A stretch of 64,000 bases of DNA from a virus (Duplodnaviria; Caudoviricetes), in IMG/VR virus record IMGVR_UViG_3300031994_000004; one strand, written 5' to 3'. This document shows positions 39,683-50,822 of the stretch, one piece after another. Each line of letters begins with the position of its first letter. The first letter of the stretch is position 1. The notes under the pieces were generated by a model. It saw nothing but the letters and a program-made list of their open reading frames with translations. It was not told the DNA's origin and made no database searches. A program made the position numbers and the translations under genes.

Positions 39683-40144
39683 ATGGATAAGAAAACTGCA
39701 ATTAAGCAAATTACCAAAATGGCAAAAAGCGACCCGCAGAAATATGACCTGTCAAAGCTCAATGACGCTATTGAAATGATAAATAACGCAAAGGACGTGG
39801 ATGCTCTTTTGATTTTGGGTAAACCACAGGATGCTATTCTCCGCCCTAATTTGTATGACTTCGCACAGGACGAAGTTGACAAAATGAAAGATGCCATTGA
39901 AAGCGCTGGTTATGCAGTCAAAGAAGTTCAACGAATGACACAGGACGAAAACGGCCGAGACGATTATGCGTTTGTTTTAAAAGACGAAAGTAAGAAGGTT
40001 GTTTGGATTTCCAAAATGCGTCCAATGTGGCATGATGGTGATTATAACCTTCTCGCAGTTGGTTTGAATTTCCCTGCATTGTCATTCCAGACTATGGATG
40101 AACTTATTGAAAAGACAGTTTATATGCTTAAAAGGGATGATTAA
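39683..40144 (+). CDS. Hypothetical protein
   Basis: AGGAG SD. Confidence 0.7.
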   Translation: MDKKTAIKQITKMAKSDPQKYDLSKLNDAIEMINNAKDVDALLILGKPQDAILRPNLYDFAQDEVDKMKDAIESAGYAVKEVQRMTQDENGRDDYAFVLKDESKKVVWISKMRPMWHDGDYNLLAVGLNFPALSFQTMDELIEKTVYMLKRDD

Positions 40145-40145
40145 A

Positions 40146-40379
40146 ATGAAGAAGTTAATGATTAGTTTGGCGATTCTCGCATCAGTCGCATTTGCGTCAG
40201 ATAAGACTGTGTTTGACATTTGTAATGACAAAACTTGTTACACACAAATTCTTGAAAATGTAAAGAGCTGGGAATGGAAAACAGATAATGCTGACAATAA
40301 ATTTGTTCGCATTTATTTCTATGATAAAAAGGTTCTTGACATTACTGGACGAGAACTAACAGTTAAAAAGAGAAAGTAA
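40146..40379 (+). CDS. Small secreted protein
   Basis: Signal peptide MKKLMISLAILASVAFA. Confidence 0.7.
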   Translation: MKKLMISLAILASVAFASDKTVFDICNDKTCYTQILENVKSWEWKTDNADNKFVRIYFYDKKVLDITGRELTVKKRK

Positions 40380-40415
40380 TGATTGACAGAGAAACACTAG
40401 GAGGACGGTACTAAT

Positions 40416-40904
40416 ATGGCTTATCCACGTAAGAAAATGACTATGGACGATGCTATTAAGATAGCAAAGAAGAACGGTTACAAAATTCAGGGCAAAGCAA
40501 AACAGAAGCTACCATCATTGTTGGGACCTGTATATGAACTGTTTGAAAGCAGAGAATCAATGTTCAGGCGTATCATTAAGGACTTGAATTTCAAAGTAAC
40601 AAAGCGCGGTGATTTCACTAGCGGTAATTTCTGTGACGAAGTTCACGATAACAAAGAAATTACTATGATTATGATGAAGACTGAACCGTGTTTCTTCGGC
40701 TTATTAAAGAATACAGAAGTCTATATGCCAGAGGGATTTGAAGTCCGTCAAGGTGAATCTGAATACTACATTCACCACACAAAGAAGGACAACATTAAAA
40801 TTACAACCTTCTCTCAGGGCGAAAAGCAGTTGAAGAAGTTGCTTAAGGACTATAAGAGATGCTTGGACGAACTGAAGATTAAGGAACTACAAGAGGATTT
40901 CTAA
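40416..40904 (+). CDS. DF-tail family protein
   Basis: Ends KIKELQEDF. Confidence 0.8.
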   Translation: MAYPRKKMTMDDAIKIAKKNGYKIQGKAKQKLPSLLGPVYELFESRESMFRRIIKDLNFKVTKRGDFTSGNFCDEVHDNKEITMIMMKTEPCFFGLLKNTEVYMPEGFEVRQGESEYYIHHTKKDNIKITTFSQGEKQLKKLLKDYKRCLDELKIKELQEDF

Positions 40905-40905
40905 A

Positions 40906-41772
40906 ATGGATTTAGTTGATATACTTGGAAATACTTTTGATTATTTGTTAGAAATTCCTAACAGAGTTAAGAAGTGTGTACACGAACAAGCTACACACGA
41001 AGAAAGGAATAATCTAATTGAATACAAACGAAAGAAAGCCATTATAGACAAACTAAAAGAAAAGTATGGATTGACTGGTTCCGGTGATGATGCTGGAGAA
41101 GGGTGGTGTAACATTGAGCTTGAATTACACGATAAAAAATGGAGTGTAATTTTTTGCCAAAATAAAACTATTCATATAAGTAATGAAAGTTATTTCAGTT
41201 ATTTTCCAGATTTTAAATGGAAATGGCCTGAACCAACTGACATGAATTCACGATGGGCATATTTGCCAAAAGATACTCCTGACGATTATTATTTAACTTG
41301 GGATAACCCAGTACCAATTAAAGAAGATGCTACATTTGAAGAAGTAGAAGCAATTTTACTTCGTTTAATTGAACGATTTAAAGAACTTAAATCTGAATAC
41401 AAAGAAAAGAAAGCAGCAGATGATTTTGACACAACTGCCGCTCTGTTTGAAAGTCTTAAATCGCATTATCATTTAATAGAACCTGAAAATTCTATAAATG
41501 CCACCAGATATGCTTACTCACCTGACATTAGGTATTTCGTGATTTCGTATTGTAAAGCACGAAACAAAATTTATGTTCCGTCTGGTTTGGAACAACAAGA
41601 AATAGTTTTGGGTGGACTGGAATCATTTACATTACCAGATTGTTGGGAAATGAAGTGTAATGAACAAACTATAACTGCTACAACATTTGATGAATACAAA
41701 AAGTATCTTGATGGTATTTTGAAACATTACAAGACCATAGAACAAAGTAAATGGGAAAAGTACGATATATGA
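40906..41772 (+). CDS. Apparent fusion of two family modules with an internal DF tag
   Basis: Internal EYKEKKAADDFD followed by a second module. Confidence 0.65.
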   Translation: MDLVDILGNTFDYLLEIPNRVKKCVHEQATHEERNNLIEYKRKKAIIDKLKEKYGLTGSGDDAGEGWCNIELELHDKKWSVIFCQNKTIHISNESYFSYFPDFKWKWPEPTDMNSRWAYLPKDTPDDYYLTWDNPVPIKEDATFEEVEAILLRLIERFKELKSEYKEKKAADDFDTTAALFESLKSHYHLIEPENSINATRYAYSPDIRYFVISYCKARNKIYVPSGLEQQEIVLGGLESFTLPDCWEMKCNEQTITATTFDEYKKYLDGILKHYKTIEQSKWEKYDI

Positions 41773-42341
41773 GAAAAGAACTTACAAAGAAAGAAAAAGA
41801 AAATCTACTCCAAATGAACCATTTATTAGAGCGAGAAATTGCTAAGTGGCCTGAATGGAGAGGTTTGGCAGACCTCACTTTATCTTTTGATTACACTAGA
41901 TTTCAAACTAGAAGAGCAGATAATTATAGTGAGAAATTAGATAAAATTTCGTTAAACCATCATTTAGACAGTACTTATATTTTAAGTGCTATGAACGTGG
42001 ATTTCACTGACAATAGAATACCTAGTAATTATAAAATGACTGTTGATATACATCCTTTTCAATGGCGTCCAAATCCAAGTAAAGGTATTTTACAATTTGA
42101 ATCTGAAATTGCTGCCGCTAATCGTATTTCAAAGAAAGTTGAAGATGATGACCTGTTAGATTGGGTAAGAATTGAAATGAAAAAGAAGGCAACTGAATTT
42201 GACAATGCTTGTAAATTCATTGAAAGTCACGAAGACCAATTTAGACAGTGGGAAGAAATGCAGAGACAAGCAAACATCTTCTATAATAAAATACAAAATA
42301 ACTTTAATGCGGAGTTAAGAGCGAATGGAGATTTTAAGTGA
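41769..42341 (+). CDS. DF-tail family protein, coiled-coil subtype
   Basis: ATGA overlap at 41769; ends ELRANGDFK. Confidence 0.75.
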   Translation: MRKELTKKEKENLLQMNHLLEREIAKWPEWRGLADLTLSFDYTRFQTRRADNYSEKLDKISLNHHLDSTYILSAMNVDFTDNRIPSNYKMTVDIHPFQWRPNPSKGILQFESEIAAANRISKKVEDDDLLDWVRIEMKKKATEFDNACKFIESHEDQFRQWEEMQRQANIFYNKIQNNFNAELRANGDFK

Positions 42342-42765
42342 TATAATAGAATTTTTATTTAACCGTAAGAAAAAACAAAATGATGAAATCAGAACTGCGA
42401 TGGAACTAATTAACCCATACAAGTTTTTTCAAGAATTAGCAGATTATGCTCAGTCATTAGGTTTCGCAGTCGCAGAAGGTATTAGAGATAGTGGTTTTTC
42501 TTTAGAAGAACCAAATTATGCTGCACATGGTATACAGTTTAAAATGTATGGTATGATTGTAGCAGTTGGTTTAAATACTATATTGACTGATCGTTATACT
42601 GCAGGAATCTATTTTACAAGTGGTAAAGAAAGTGGTGGATTTGCAGGACCATTCACACTTACTACTTTAAAAAAGTGTAAAGAAGATTTATATAAATTAG
42701 TAGTAAGACTAAAAGAAAATCATCAACAAATTAAATTAGATAGCATTAACGAAGATTTTGTATGA
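42325..42765 (+). CDS. DF-tail family protein
   Basis: Ends KLDSINEDFV. Confidence 0.8.
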   Translation: MEILSDIIEFLFNRKKKQNDEIRTAMELINPYKFFQELADYAQSLGFAVAEGIRDSGFSLEEPNYAAHGIQFKMYGMIVAVGLNTILTDRYTAGIYFTSGKESGGFAGPFTLTTLKKCKEDLYKLVVRLKENHQQIKLDSINEDFV

Positions 42766-43124
42766 CATTAGAAGATTTTTTCCAACAGTTACACGATTTT
42801 GGTATTTCAATGAATTTGAATGTAGATGAACTGTATGGTGATACTGCACTTCAGTACAAAATAAATCAAAATCAAAATTACAAACCGAATTATGTAAAGA
42901 ACGGAATTGAACTTGATAACAAAGACTGCTATATAATTTTTATTGCCATCTATCAACGAGAAGAAAATCAAGTCCGATATATGAACTGTGAACAACATTT
43001 AAGACTTTGTCAAGTAGACGAAGAAGGATTGGAACTGTGTAAACAGTGTATTTTAGATGGTATAAGAATACGAAAAGAAGAAGATAACCAATTAAGATTA
43101 GATAACATCAATAAAGATTTTTAA
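42762..43124 (+). CDS. DF-tail family protein
   Basis: Starts MTLEDF, ends RLDNINKDF. Confidence 0.8.
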   Translation: MTLEDFFQQLHDFGISMNLNVDELYGDTALQYKINQNQNYKPNYVKNGIELDNKDCYIIFIAIYQREENQVRYMNCEQHLRLCQVDEEGLELCKQCILDGIRIRKEEDNQLRLDNINKDF

Positions 43125-43202
43125 GTTCAACTTGAAACAAAATTGGTAAATGACATATAGCCAAATGAGCTTTAAATTACTATATTAAAATTAAACAAAA
43201 CA

Positions 43203-44567
43203 ATGGAGATTAAAAAACTTATGGAAATTAAAAACTATATTGACTTTCTTTCACAGAACAAGACAGAACGTGAATGTGTAGCATTTGCGGAACGTGAACT
43301 TCGTAATCACGGTTTCAAGTCTCGTAAAGAATTTGCAGATTTGTCTAGCGGCGATAAGGTCTATTACAAGAATAAGGACAAAAACATCGCTGCTTTTATC
43401 ATTGGTAAGCAAGGACTTAGTGGTAAGGGTTTGAATTTGCTCGGTGCTCATATTGACTCCCCACGATTGGATGTAAAGACTCAGCCGCTTTATGAAGATA
43501 CTGGTATGGGTTATTTTGACCTTCAGTATTATGGTGGCATTAAGAAGTACCAGTGGACTGCTCGTCCTCTCGCAATTCACGGTGTAGTTTGTAAGCTTGA
43601 CGGTACAAAGATTCCAGTAAAACTTGGTGATACTGGTAGTGGTTACACATTCTGTATCACAGACCTTCTTCCACATTTGGATAAGACACAAGCTGACCGA
43701 AAGGCTAGCGAAACCATCAAGGGCGAAAAGTTGGATTTGCTTTTGGGAACTGTAAAAATTGAAAAGGGTGAAGACGAAGATGAAGAAAAGGACCCGGTCA
43801 AGGCAAACATTCTCAAAATTCTCAAGGACCAATACAACATTGAAGAAGACGATTTTCTTTCTGCTGAATTTGAAGTAGTTCCAGCTGGTGAAGCATCATT
43901 TGTTGGTATTGACAAGTCTATGGTTGGTGGTTATGGTCAGGATGACCGCGTTTGTGCTTGGACTTCTTTGATGGCTCTCATTGATGTTGCCGACGAAAAT
44001 GAAGTTCCTGCTCGCACAAGTGGTTGTGTTCTAGTGGATAAGGAAGAAGTTGGTTCTATTTGTGCTACTGGTTCCGAATCCCGTTGGTTGGAAGATGTAC
44101 TTTCCGATCTGACCGGTGACTGCGGGCACGTAGAATTTGGTCGCATTTTGGCAAACACTAATATGCTCAGTTCCGATGTGTCTGCCGCTTATGACCCGCT
44201 CTATGGTGAAGTTTCTAACAAGGAAATGACCTGTAAGCTTGGTGGTGGTTTTATGCTTTCCAAGTATAATGGTGGTCGCGGTAAGGGTGGTGGCGCAGAT
44301 GCTAACCCGGAATTTATCGCTGCCGTTCGTAAGACATTGAACGATGCTGGCACCAAGTATCAGTTTGATACTATGGGTAAGGTAGATGTTGGCGGTGGTG
44401 GAACGATTGCTTCTATCGTCTGCCGTTTGAACATCAATGTTATGGACGCAGGTGTTCCAGTGCTCAATATGCACAGTCCAATGGAAATCACACACGTAGA
44501 TGACATTACCAGTACTTACGAAGGTTATAAGGCTTTCTTGAAGTCCGACCTTACGATTTTTGACTAA
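43203..44567 (+). CDS. M18 family aminopeptidase
   Basis: KTEREC, GAHIDSPRLD, YYGGIKKYQW, YGQDDRVC, DKEEVGS, SSDV, GGGGTI, MHSPME; start may be 43221. Confidence 0.92.
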   Translation: MEIKKLMEIKNYIDFLSQNKTERECVAFAERELRNHGFKSRKEFADLSSGDKVYYKNKDKNIAAFIIGKQGLSGKGLNLLGAHIDSPRLDVKTQPLYEDTGMGYFDLQYYGGIKKYQWTARPLAIHGVVCKLDGTKIPVKLGDTGSGYTFCITDLLPHLDKTQADRKASETIKGEKLDLLLGTVKIEKGEDEDEEKDPVKANILKILKDQYNIEEDDFLSAEFEVVPAGEASFVGIDKSMVGGYGQDDRVCAWTSLMALIDVADENEVPARTSGCVLVDKEEVGSICATGSESRWLEDVLSDLTGDCGHVEFGRILANTNMLSSDVSAAYDPLYGEVSNKEMTCKLGGGFMLSKYNGGRGKGGGADANPEFIAAVRKTLNDAGTKYQFDTMGKVDVGGGGTIASIVCRLNINVMDAGVPVLNMHSPMEITHVDDITSTYEGYKAFLKSDLTIFD

Positions 44568-44669
44568 CTGAAAACTCGGCATATACATACCTTATATGAA
44601 ATGGTTATTTTCTTAAGTTTAAAATTTTGAAAATAATTATTTCATTTGATTTAATTTGTTATATTTGGA

Positions 44670-44677
44670 TATAAATA
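44670..44677 (+). promoter_or_regulatory. Possible T4-type late promoter
   Basis: TATAAATA in an AT-rich intergenic region before ATG 44715. Confidence 0.45.
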
Positions 44678-44714
44678 AAACAAAATTGTTAAACCAATAA
44701 ATTGAGGTGAAAAT

Positions 44715-44931
44715 ATGCAAGATTACGAAGTTATTGAAGGTGAAGACATCCTTTCCAATAGTTTGAGAGCCATTAAGCAGTACATTCCACGCAAGTTGGA
44801 TGAAGCTATTAAGCACGCTCCCACACGGAGATAAGTCTACCCCACAATATCAGTTGAACGCCGCATTTAATGAAGGTTATAAGAAGGCCCTTGAGGACCT
44901 CGCAACATTCATTAAAGCTATGGGTGTCTAA
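44715..44931 (+). pseudogene. Small gene interrupted by a +1 frameshift
   Basis: GAGGT SD; 39 codons to TAA 44832; +1 frame continues HGDKSTPQYQLNAAFNEGYKKALEDLATFIKAMGV to TAA 44929. Confidence 0.55.
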
Positions 44932-44939
44932 AAACATTT

Positions 44940-45036
44940 GTTTGACTTAGCCCACTGTCAAACGAGGCATAATACACGAACGTGGTTATGTTTAAATTTT
45001 AGTGGGCATTGTGATACTGAATTCAGATCACAGAGG
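44940..45036 (+). ncRNA. Candidate structured cis-regulatory RNA upstream of hsp20
   Basis: Three hairpins plus loop GCCCACT (44950) complementary to AGTGGGC (45001). Confidence 0.5.
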
Positions 45037-45043
45037 TTAAAAA

Positions 45044-45517
45044 ATGATTAACACAAATAACATTTTTGGAAATCCACTTGAAGCTATGACACAGCTTGAA
45101 CAGGCTATGAACGGAATGTTCGGCGGTACGAAAGAAGCTCCAGTCATTAACACAAAGATTGATTTTCCGATCGACATTTATACTGAAGCAGACGGCACAT
45201 TAGTATTTGAAGTCGCTGTAGTTGGTATGGGTGCTGACGAAGTCAAGGTTACTGTAAAGAAGGAAAATGGTAGAAATACTCTTGCCATTAAGGCTCAACC
45301 AAAAGAATTGAGTGACGAAGACAAGAAGGCCATTGAAACTCGCAATTACGAAGGTGGAATTAAGAAGATTAAGAAGGCCACAAAGCTTGAATTTTCTCGC
45401 TTGATTCCAATGAACTTTGATGTTGAAAAGACAACAAAGACAGTTGAAAATGGTCTTTTGACTATTCGTATTCCTGTTAAGGAAGAAGAAAAGCCAGTTG
45501 AAATTGAAATTCAGTAA
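45044..45517 (+). CDS. Small heat-shock protein (Hsp20/alpha-crystallin)
   Basis: FPIDIY, FEVAVVG, FSRLIP, VENGLLTIRIP, PVEIEIQ. Confidence 0.88.
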   Translation: MINTNNIFGNPLEAMTQLEQAMNGMFGGTKEAPVINTKIDFPIDIYTEADGTLVFEVAVVGMGADEVKVTVKKENGRNTLAIKAQPKELSDEDKKAIETRNYEGGIKKIKKATKLEFSRLIPMNFDVEKTTKTVENGLLTIRIPVKEEEKPVEIEIQ

Positions 45518-45538
45518 TTAAGATTGGAACAAATTAAC

Positions 45539-47262
<1,724 letters not shown>

Positions 47263-47285
47263 TAAATGGAACTAAAGGAGCTTTT

Positions 47286-47645
47286 ATGAAACTAACTGTT
47301 GAAAATGCGGTTGAGATTGCGAAAAAATACAACTTCGCTTATGACGAAGATTTAGGAGAAATTGTTATTCCTAGTAATATCTGGATTGATGATGACGATT
47401 TGGGTTTTATGCGACTTGAAACTGGTATTGATGGTCTTGAATTTAATTGTGCTTATGAATTTGGAATTACAGCATTGAAAAGTGGCAAATTTGGGTTTCA
47501 TACTTCTACATTCAGGAACATTACAACAACAGAAGAATTTGAAGAAAACATTAAAAACTTTTTGTATTTTATTGAATTAGTAAAACCACTTGAAAAGAAA
47601 TATGCTGAACAAGTTAAACTGAATAAGATTGATGGAGATTTCTAA
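47286..47645 (+). CDS. DF-tail family protein
   Basis: Ends KLNKIDGDF. Confidence 0.8.
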   Translation: MKLTVENAVEIAKKYNFAYDEDLGEIVIPSNIWIDDDDLGFMRLETGIDGLEFNCAYEFGITALKSGKFGFHTSTFRNITTTEEFEENIKNFLYFIELVKPLEKKYAEQVKLNKIDGDF

Positions 47646-47938
47646 TGGTTGAAAATCCTTTAGCAGAACAAAGATTACGAACAATGTGTATGAACTGGTG
47701 TTTCTTACATGACCAGGGGTTTTTAACTACTTTGGATTTGGAAGGTTATAAAAGACTGAGATGTAATTTATACAAAAAGGTTAGAAGTCATCCGCAGTTT
47801 GAAACATTAGTTAAACCTGCTTATGAAGAATTTAAAAAGACAAATGGTGGTGAAGACGATTTCAACAAATGCCAAACTTTTGTGTTTAAACTAATGGATT
47901 TGATTAACAGAGAAGATAAAATTCTTGAGGATTTTTAA
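47645..47938 (+). CDS. DF-tail family protein
   Basis: Ends REDKILEDF. Confidence 0.75.
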   Translation: MVENPLAEQRLRTMCMNWCFLHDQGFLTTLDLEGYKRLRCNLYKKVRSHPQFETLVKPAYEEFKKTNGGEDDFNKCQTFVFKLMDLINREDKILEDF

Positions 47939-48312
47939 TGCTCACTCCTTCCGAAGCTATTGAAGTTGTTCGTAAACTATCTGGGTTTATGTATGTGGAT
48001 ATGGATGGGTATCTTCCTCCTGACCATACTTTGTTTGCTATTACTTTACATGACCCAGATTTTTATGCAAGTGCTACTGTAATTGAGTATCAGTTTGATA
48101 AAACAACAAATGATTTAACTCAATGCTACAGCAGAAAAATTTTTAATGTATTCTTTGTTTTACACGATAAAATTTATTCTAGTTTTAATCCCGAAAATAC
48201 TACGATAAATAATAAGGAAGATTTAGAAAAGTTTTTATTAGATGTTAAATATAAATTAAAACTTGCTAAAGAAGAATTGAGATTGTCTAGACTTACAAAG
48301 GATTTTGAATGA
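47938..48312 (+). CDS. DF-tail family protein
   Basis: Ends RLSRLTKDFE. Confidence 0.8.
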   Translation: MLTPSEAIEVVRKLSGFMYVDMDGYLPPDHTLFAITLHDPDFYASATVIEYQFDKTTNDLTQCYSRKIFNVFFVLHDKIYSSFNPENTTINNKEDLEKFLLDVKYKLKLAKEELRLSRLTKDFE

Positions 48313-48740
48313 TTACAGTTGATGAATTTAAACAATTAGCGACTGAAACAGGTTTAATGTTTTGGGAAAATGAAGCATTATTTTATAAGAGAGAAACAAC
48401 TTATTATCTAAGTTATCCAATGCCGATGTTTAGAGAGAACTGCGAAGATGATGAAGATTATAAAATGAAAAGCGCTGTAATCAGTTTAGCCCCATACAAA
48501 GACCCACCTGAAATTTACATTTATGGTAATATACTTTATGATTTTGACCATCTTGATAAACTGGTTGAAGGTAAAGAAATTTATTGTTACAATATGATTT
48601 CTGCTTTGGAATACGATGACGGACTACAATGGAACGATAAAACTTATGAAGAAATTAGGGACGAAGTTCTAAAAGTAAAGAAAATGATTTTTGATAAACA
48701 ACAGGAGATAAATCTTGAAAAAATAAAAGGAGATTTCTAA
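48309..48740 (+). CDS. DF-tail family protein
   Basis: Ends NLEKIKGDF. Confidence 0.8.
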   Translation: MITVDEFKQLATETGLMFWENEALFYKRETTYYLSYPMPMFRENCEDDEDYKMKSAVISLAPYKDPPEIYIYGNILYDFDHLDKLVEGKEIYCYNMISALEYDDGLQWNDKTYEEIRDEVLKVKKMIFDKQQEINLEKIKGDF

Positions 48741-48741
48741 A

Positions 48742-48900
48742 ATGTTAAAATCCCATTTTTGCCACACCAGAGAAGAAGTTGCCCGCTACATTAACGAACA
48801 GAAAATTAAACGAGAACAAATCCAAAGTATTATTTGGATGGATAGTCAAAAAGGTTTCGCTGTATTTTATTGGGAAACTCCCCAATTATTGAACGAATAA
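48742..48900 (+). CDS. Small hypothetical protein (52 aa; not in ORF track)
   Basis: MLKSHFCHTREEVARYINEQKI...; fills the gap exactly. Confidence 0.6.
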   Translation: MLKSHFCHTREEVARYINEQKIKREQIQSIIWMDSQKGFAVFYWETPQLLNE

Positions 48901-48966
48901 TGTAAAGAAAATTTTACAATAATTTCCGCAGTTCCCATTGACAAACAATGGGAATTTTTCTATATT
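48901..48966 (+). promoter_or_regulatory. Early promoter cassette
   Basis: Box 48901-48918, TTGACA 48938, TATATT 48961, perfect hairpin TTCCCATTG/CAATGGGAA. Confidence 0.85.
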
Positions 48967-49001
48967 TACTTATGTAAACGATAAACCAAGAGGTAACAAA
49001 T

Positions 49002-49523
49002 ATGAATCCTTTCTATGTAACTCGCTGCTGGAACAATGAACTCAAGAAATGTGTGTATAAGGTTTTGGAACGTCGTTGGTTCCAGCTTGCTCGTTATCTC
49101 ATTGGGATTGGTTCGGTAACTGACGCAGCAGAAGAAGAATATGAGAAAAATGGTTACAAGTTGGAACGTCTGCCGCGTGAAGAACGAATTGTAAAATCCA
49201 AGCGTGAAGCTATGATGAATAACGCATTTGGTTTGGGTTACGCAGATGGTTTTCTGTCAAAGACCTGGGCTATGTTCCTACACGATGGCCTTATCCAGCC
49301 CCGCGACGGATGGGAACGTTCCTTCTGTTATCGTTGGGATGGTGGTAAAACATATTATGAAAGAGCACTGGGCAAGCATGGCTACGTACTGACCAGGTAT
49401 GGCATTAGCAAGTATATGGAAGTTCTCCCAAAACTGAGTGAATACAGAAAGCAGGCCGAAATTCGCTGTGCTAAAAAGAATGGGATTGAATTTAAGGAAT
49501 CCACTATCTTTTCTGAATGTTAA
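49002..49523 (+). CDS. Hypothetical early protein
   Basis: GAGGT SD. Confidence 0.75.
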   Translation: MNPFYVTRCWNNELKKCVYKVLERRWFQLARYLIGIGSVTDAAEEEYEKNGYKLERLPREERIVKSKREAMMNNAFGLGYADGFLSKTWAMFLHDGLIQPRDGWERSFCYRWDGGKTYYERALGKHGYVLTRYGISKYMEVLPKLSEYRKQAEIRCAKKNGIEFKESTIFSEC

Positions 49524-49545
49524 TAAATTTTTACAAGGAATAAGA

Positions 49546-49884
49546 ATGAAAAACTTCACAAATAAGCAGCTGAAAGTCATTGAAAAAACAGTTCGTGAAC
49601 AATTACTTGCTATTGTAGGCAAAGCTTATGAATTTGGCTGGGGTGATTATCTTTCAGGTGAAGATGGTGAATTGAAAGGAATTTTGCCAAAGAAAATTGA
49701 AACTAAAATTGAATCTATTGATGTTCCTCGCCATCGTGACGGCGAATGGGGTGAAGATATGTATGTAAATTTGGTAACTGGACAAACTATAACAGTTAAA
49801 TTGAGTGATTTGGAACGTGGTATGTGTAAGGCTCATTATGCTTACAAATACATAGAAAATGTTTTTTCGCATCAATGTAACTAA
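49546..49884 (+). CDS. Hypothetical protein
   Basis: AAGGA SD before ATG 49546. Confidence 0.7.
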   Translation: MKNFTNKQLKVIEKTVREQLLAIVGKAYEFGWGDYLSGEDGELKGILPKKIETKIESIDVPRHRDGEWGEDMYVNLVTGQTITVKLSDLERGMCKAHYAYKYIENVFSHQCN

Positions 49885-49941
49885 ATTTTTACACAATTTT
49901 ACAAAATTGTTATTGACGAACTGAAGAAATATAACTATATT
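49876..49941 (+). promoter_or_regulatory. Early promoter cassette
   Basis: Box 49876-49893 (1 mismatch), TTGACG 49913, TATATT 49936. Confidence 0.8.
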
Positions 49942-49975
49942 TTCTTTAGAAACAAACAACAAAAGAGGTTTAAGA

Positions 49976-50806
49976 ATGGTTGATAATTTTGCTCTCATTG
50001 AAGAATATATGGCAAAGCAGGCTATTACTTGGAAAGAAGGCGATTGCTACTATGTGCAGTTGCTCCGTCGCCAGGCGGATGACCCGATGATTGGTGGTGT
50101 GAAGGACAAGAAGTATCACGGCAATATGCACAGCCGCTCTATCAAGGACTATCTCATCAAGTCAGTTGACCATCTTGAAGATGTCAAGCAGCAGATTATT
50201 GAATTTTGTAAGCTTGAAAATGTGAGAGCATACATTCGTCTGAACAAGCGCAACTATAAGAACATTGCACTTCAAATGATGAAACACATCGCTGAACAAG
50301 CTGCTAGTGGTGAAACTTACTCTAGTCCGTTCCATCTCGTTTCATCTGCTTGTGGTGAATGTTGCCAGGCTGGTGACGATAAGACTTGGATTGTGGACCT
50401 GGATAAGGAATACCTTCCGTATGAAAATGAAATCATTGACATGATTTGTCAGTGTATGCCAATTTCCGCAAAACTCCAGGAAATCTATGACTCCACCAAT
50501 GCTGAAATTCATAGCACTGGAAACCCGTGTGGTGTGTCAATGGAAGAAATCAAGCAGAAGTATGTGGCTGAAAATTTCTTCATTGTGCCGACTAAGAGCG
50601 GAAAGCACATCGTGTGTAAACCGTTCAACAGGGATACATTTAGCCATGTGCCTAATGCTGATGCTATCGCAAAGGCAAAGAAAGAAGGCAAAGAACCGAA
50701 AATGGGTCTCTGGGAACAGTTCTGTAAGTCTCGCGGCATTGAACTGAAGTGTATGGACATCCATAAGGACAACCCGACAATCCTGTATGTGCCTGACATG
50801 CAGTAG
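49976..50806 (+). CDS. Hypothetical protein with AEP/PrimPol-like motifs
   Basis: WIVDLD (DxD) and PTKSGKHIV (SxxGxH-like). Confidence 0.5.
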   Translation: MVDNFALIEEYMAKQAITWKEGDCYYVQLLRRQADDPMIGGVKDKKYHGNMHSRSIKDYLIKSVDHLEDVKQQIIEFCKLENVRAYIRLNKRNYKNIALQMMKHIAEQAASGETYSSPFHLVSSACGECCQAGDDKTWIVDLDKEYLPYENEIIDMICQCMPISAKLQEIYDSTNAEIHSTGNPCGVSMEEIKQKYVAENFFIVPTKSGKHIVCKPFNRDTFSHVPNADAIAKAKKEGKEPKMGLWEQFCKSRGIELKCMDIHKDNPTILYVPDMQ

Positions 50807-50822
50807 GGAGGACCTGGTTCTA

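Noticed and set aside
44947-45007. CIRCE operator before hsp20/groEL
   Set aside because: TTAGCCCACT only loosely resembles TTAGCACTC, and the N9-spaced inverted half-site is missing.
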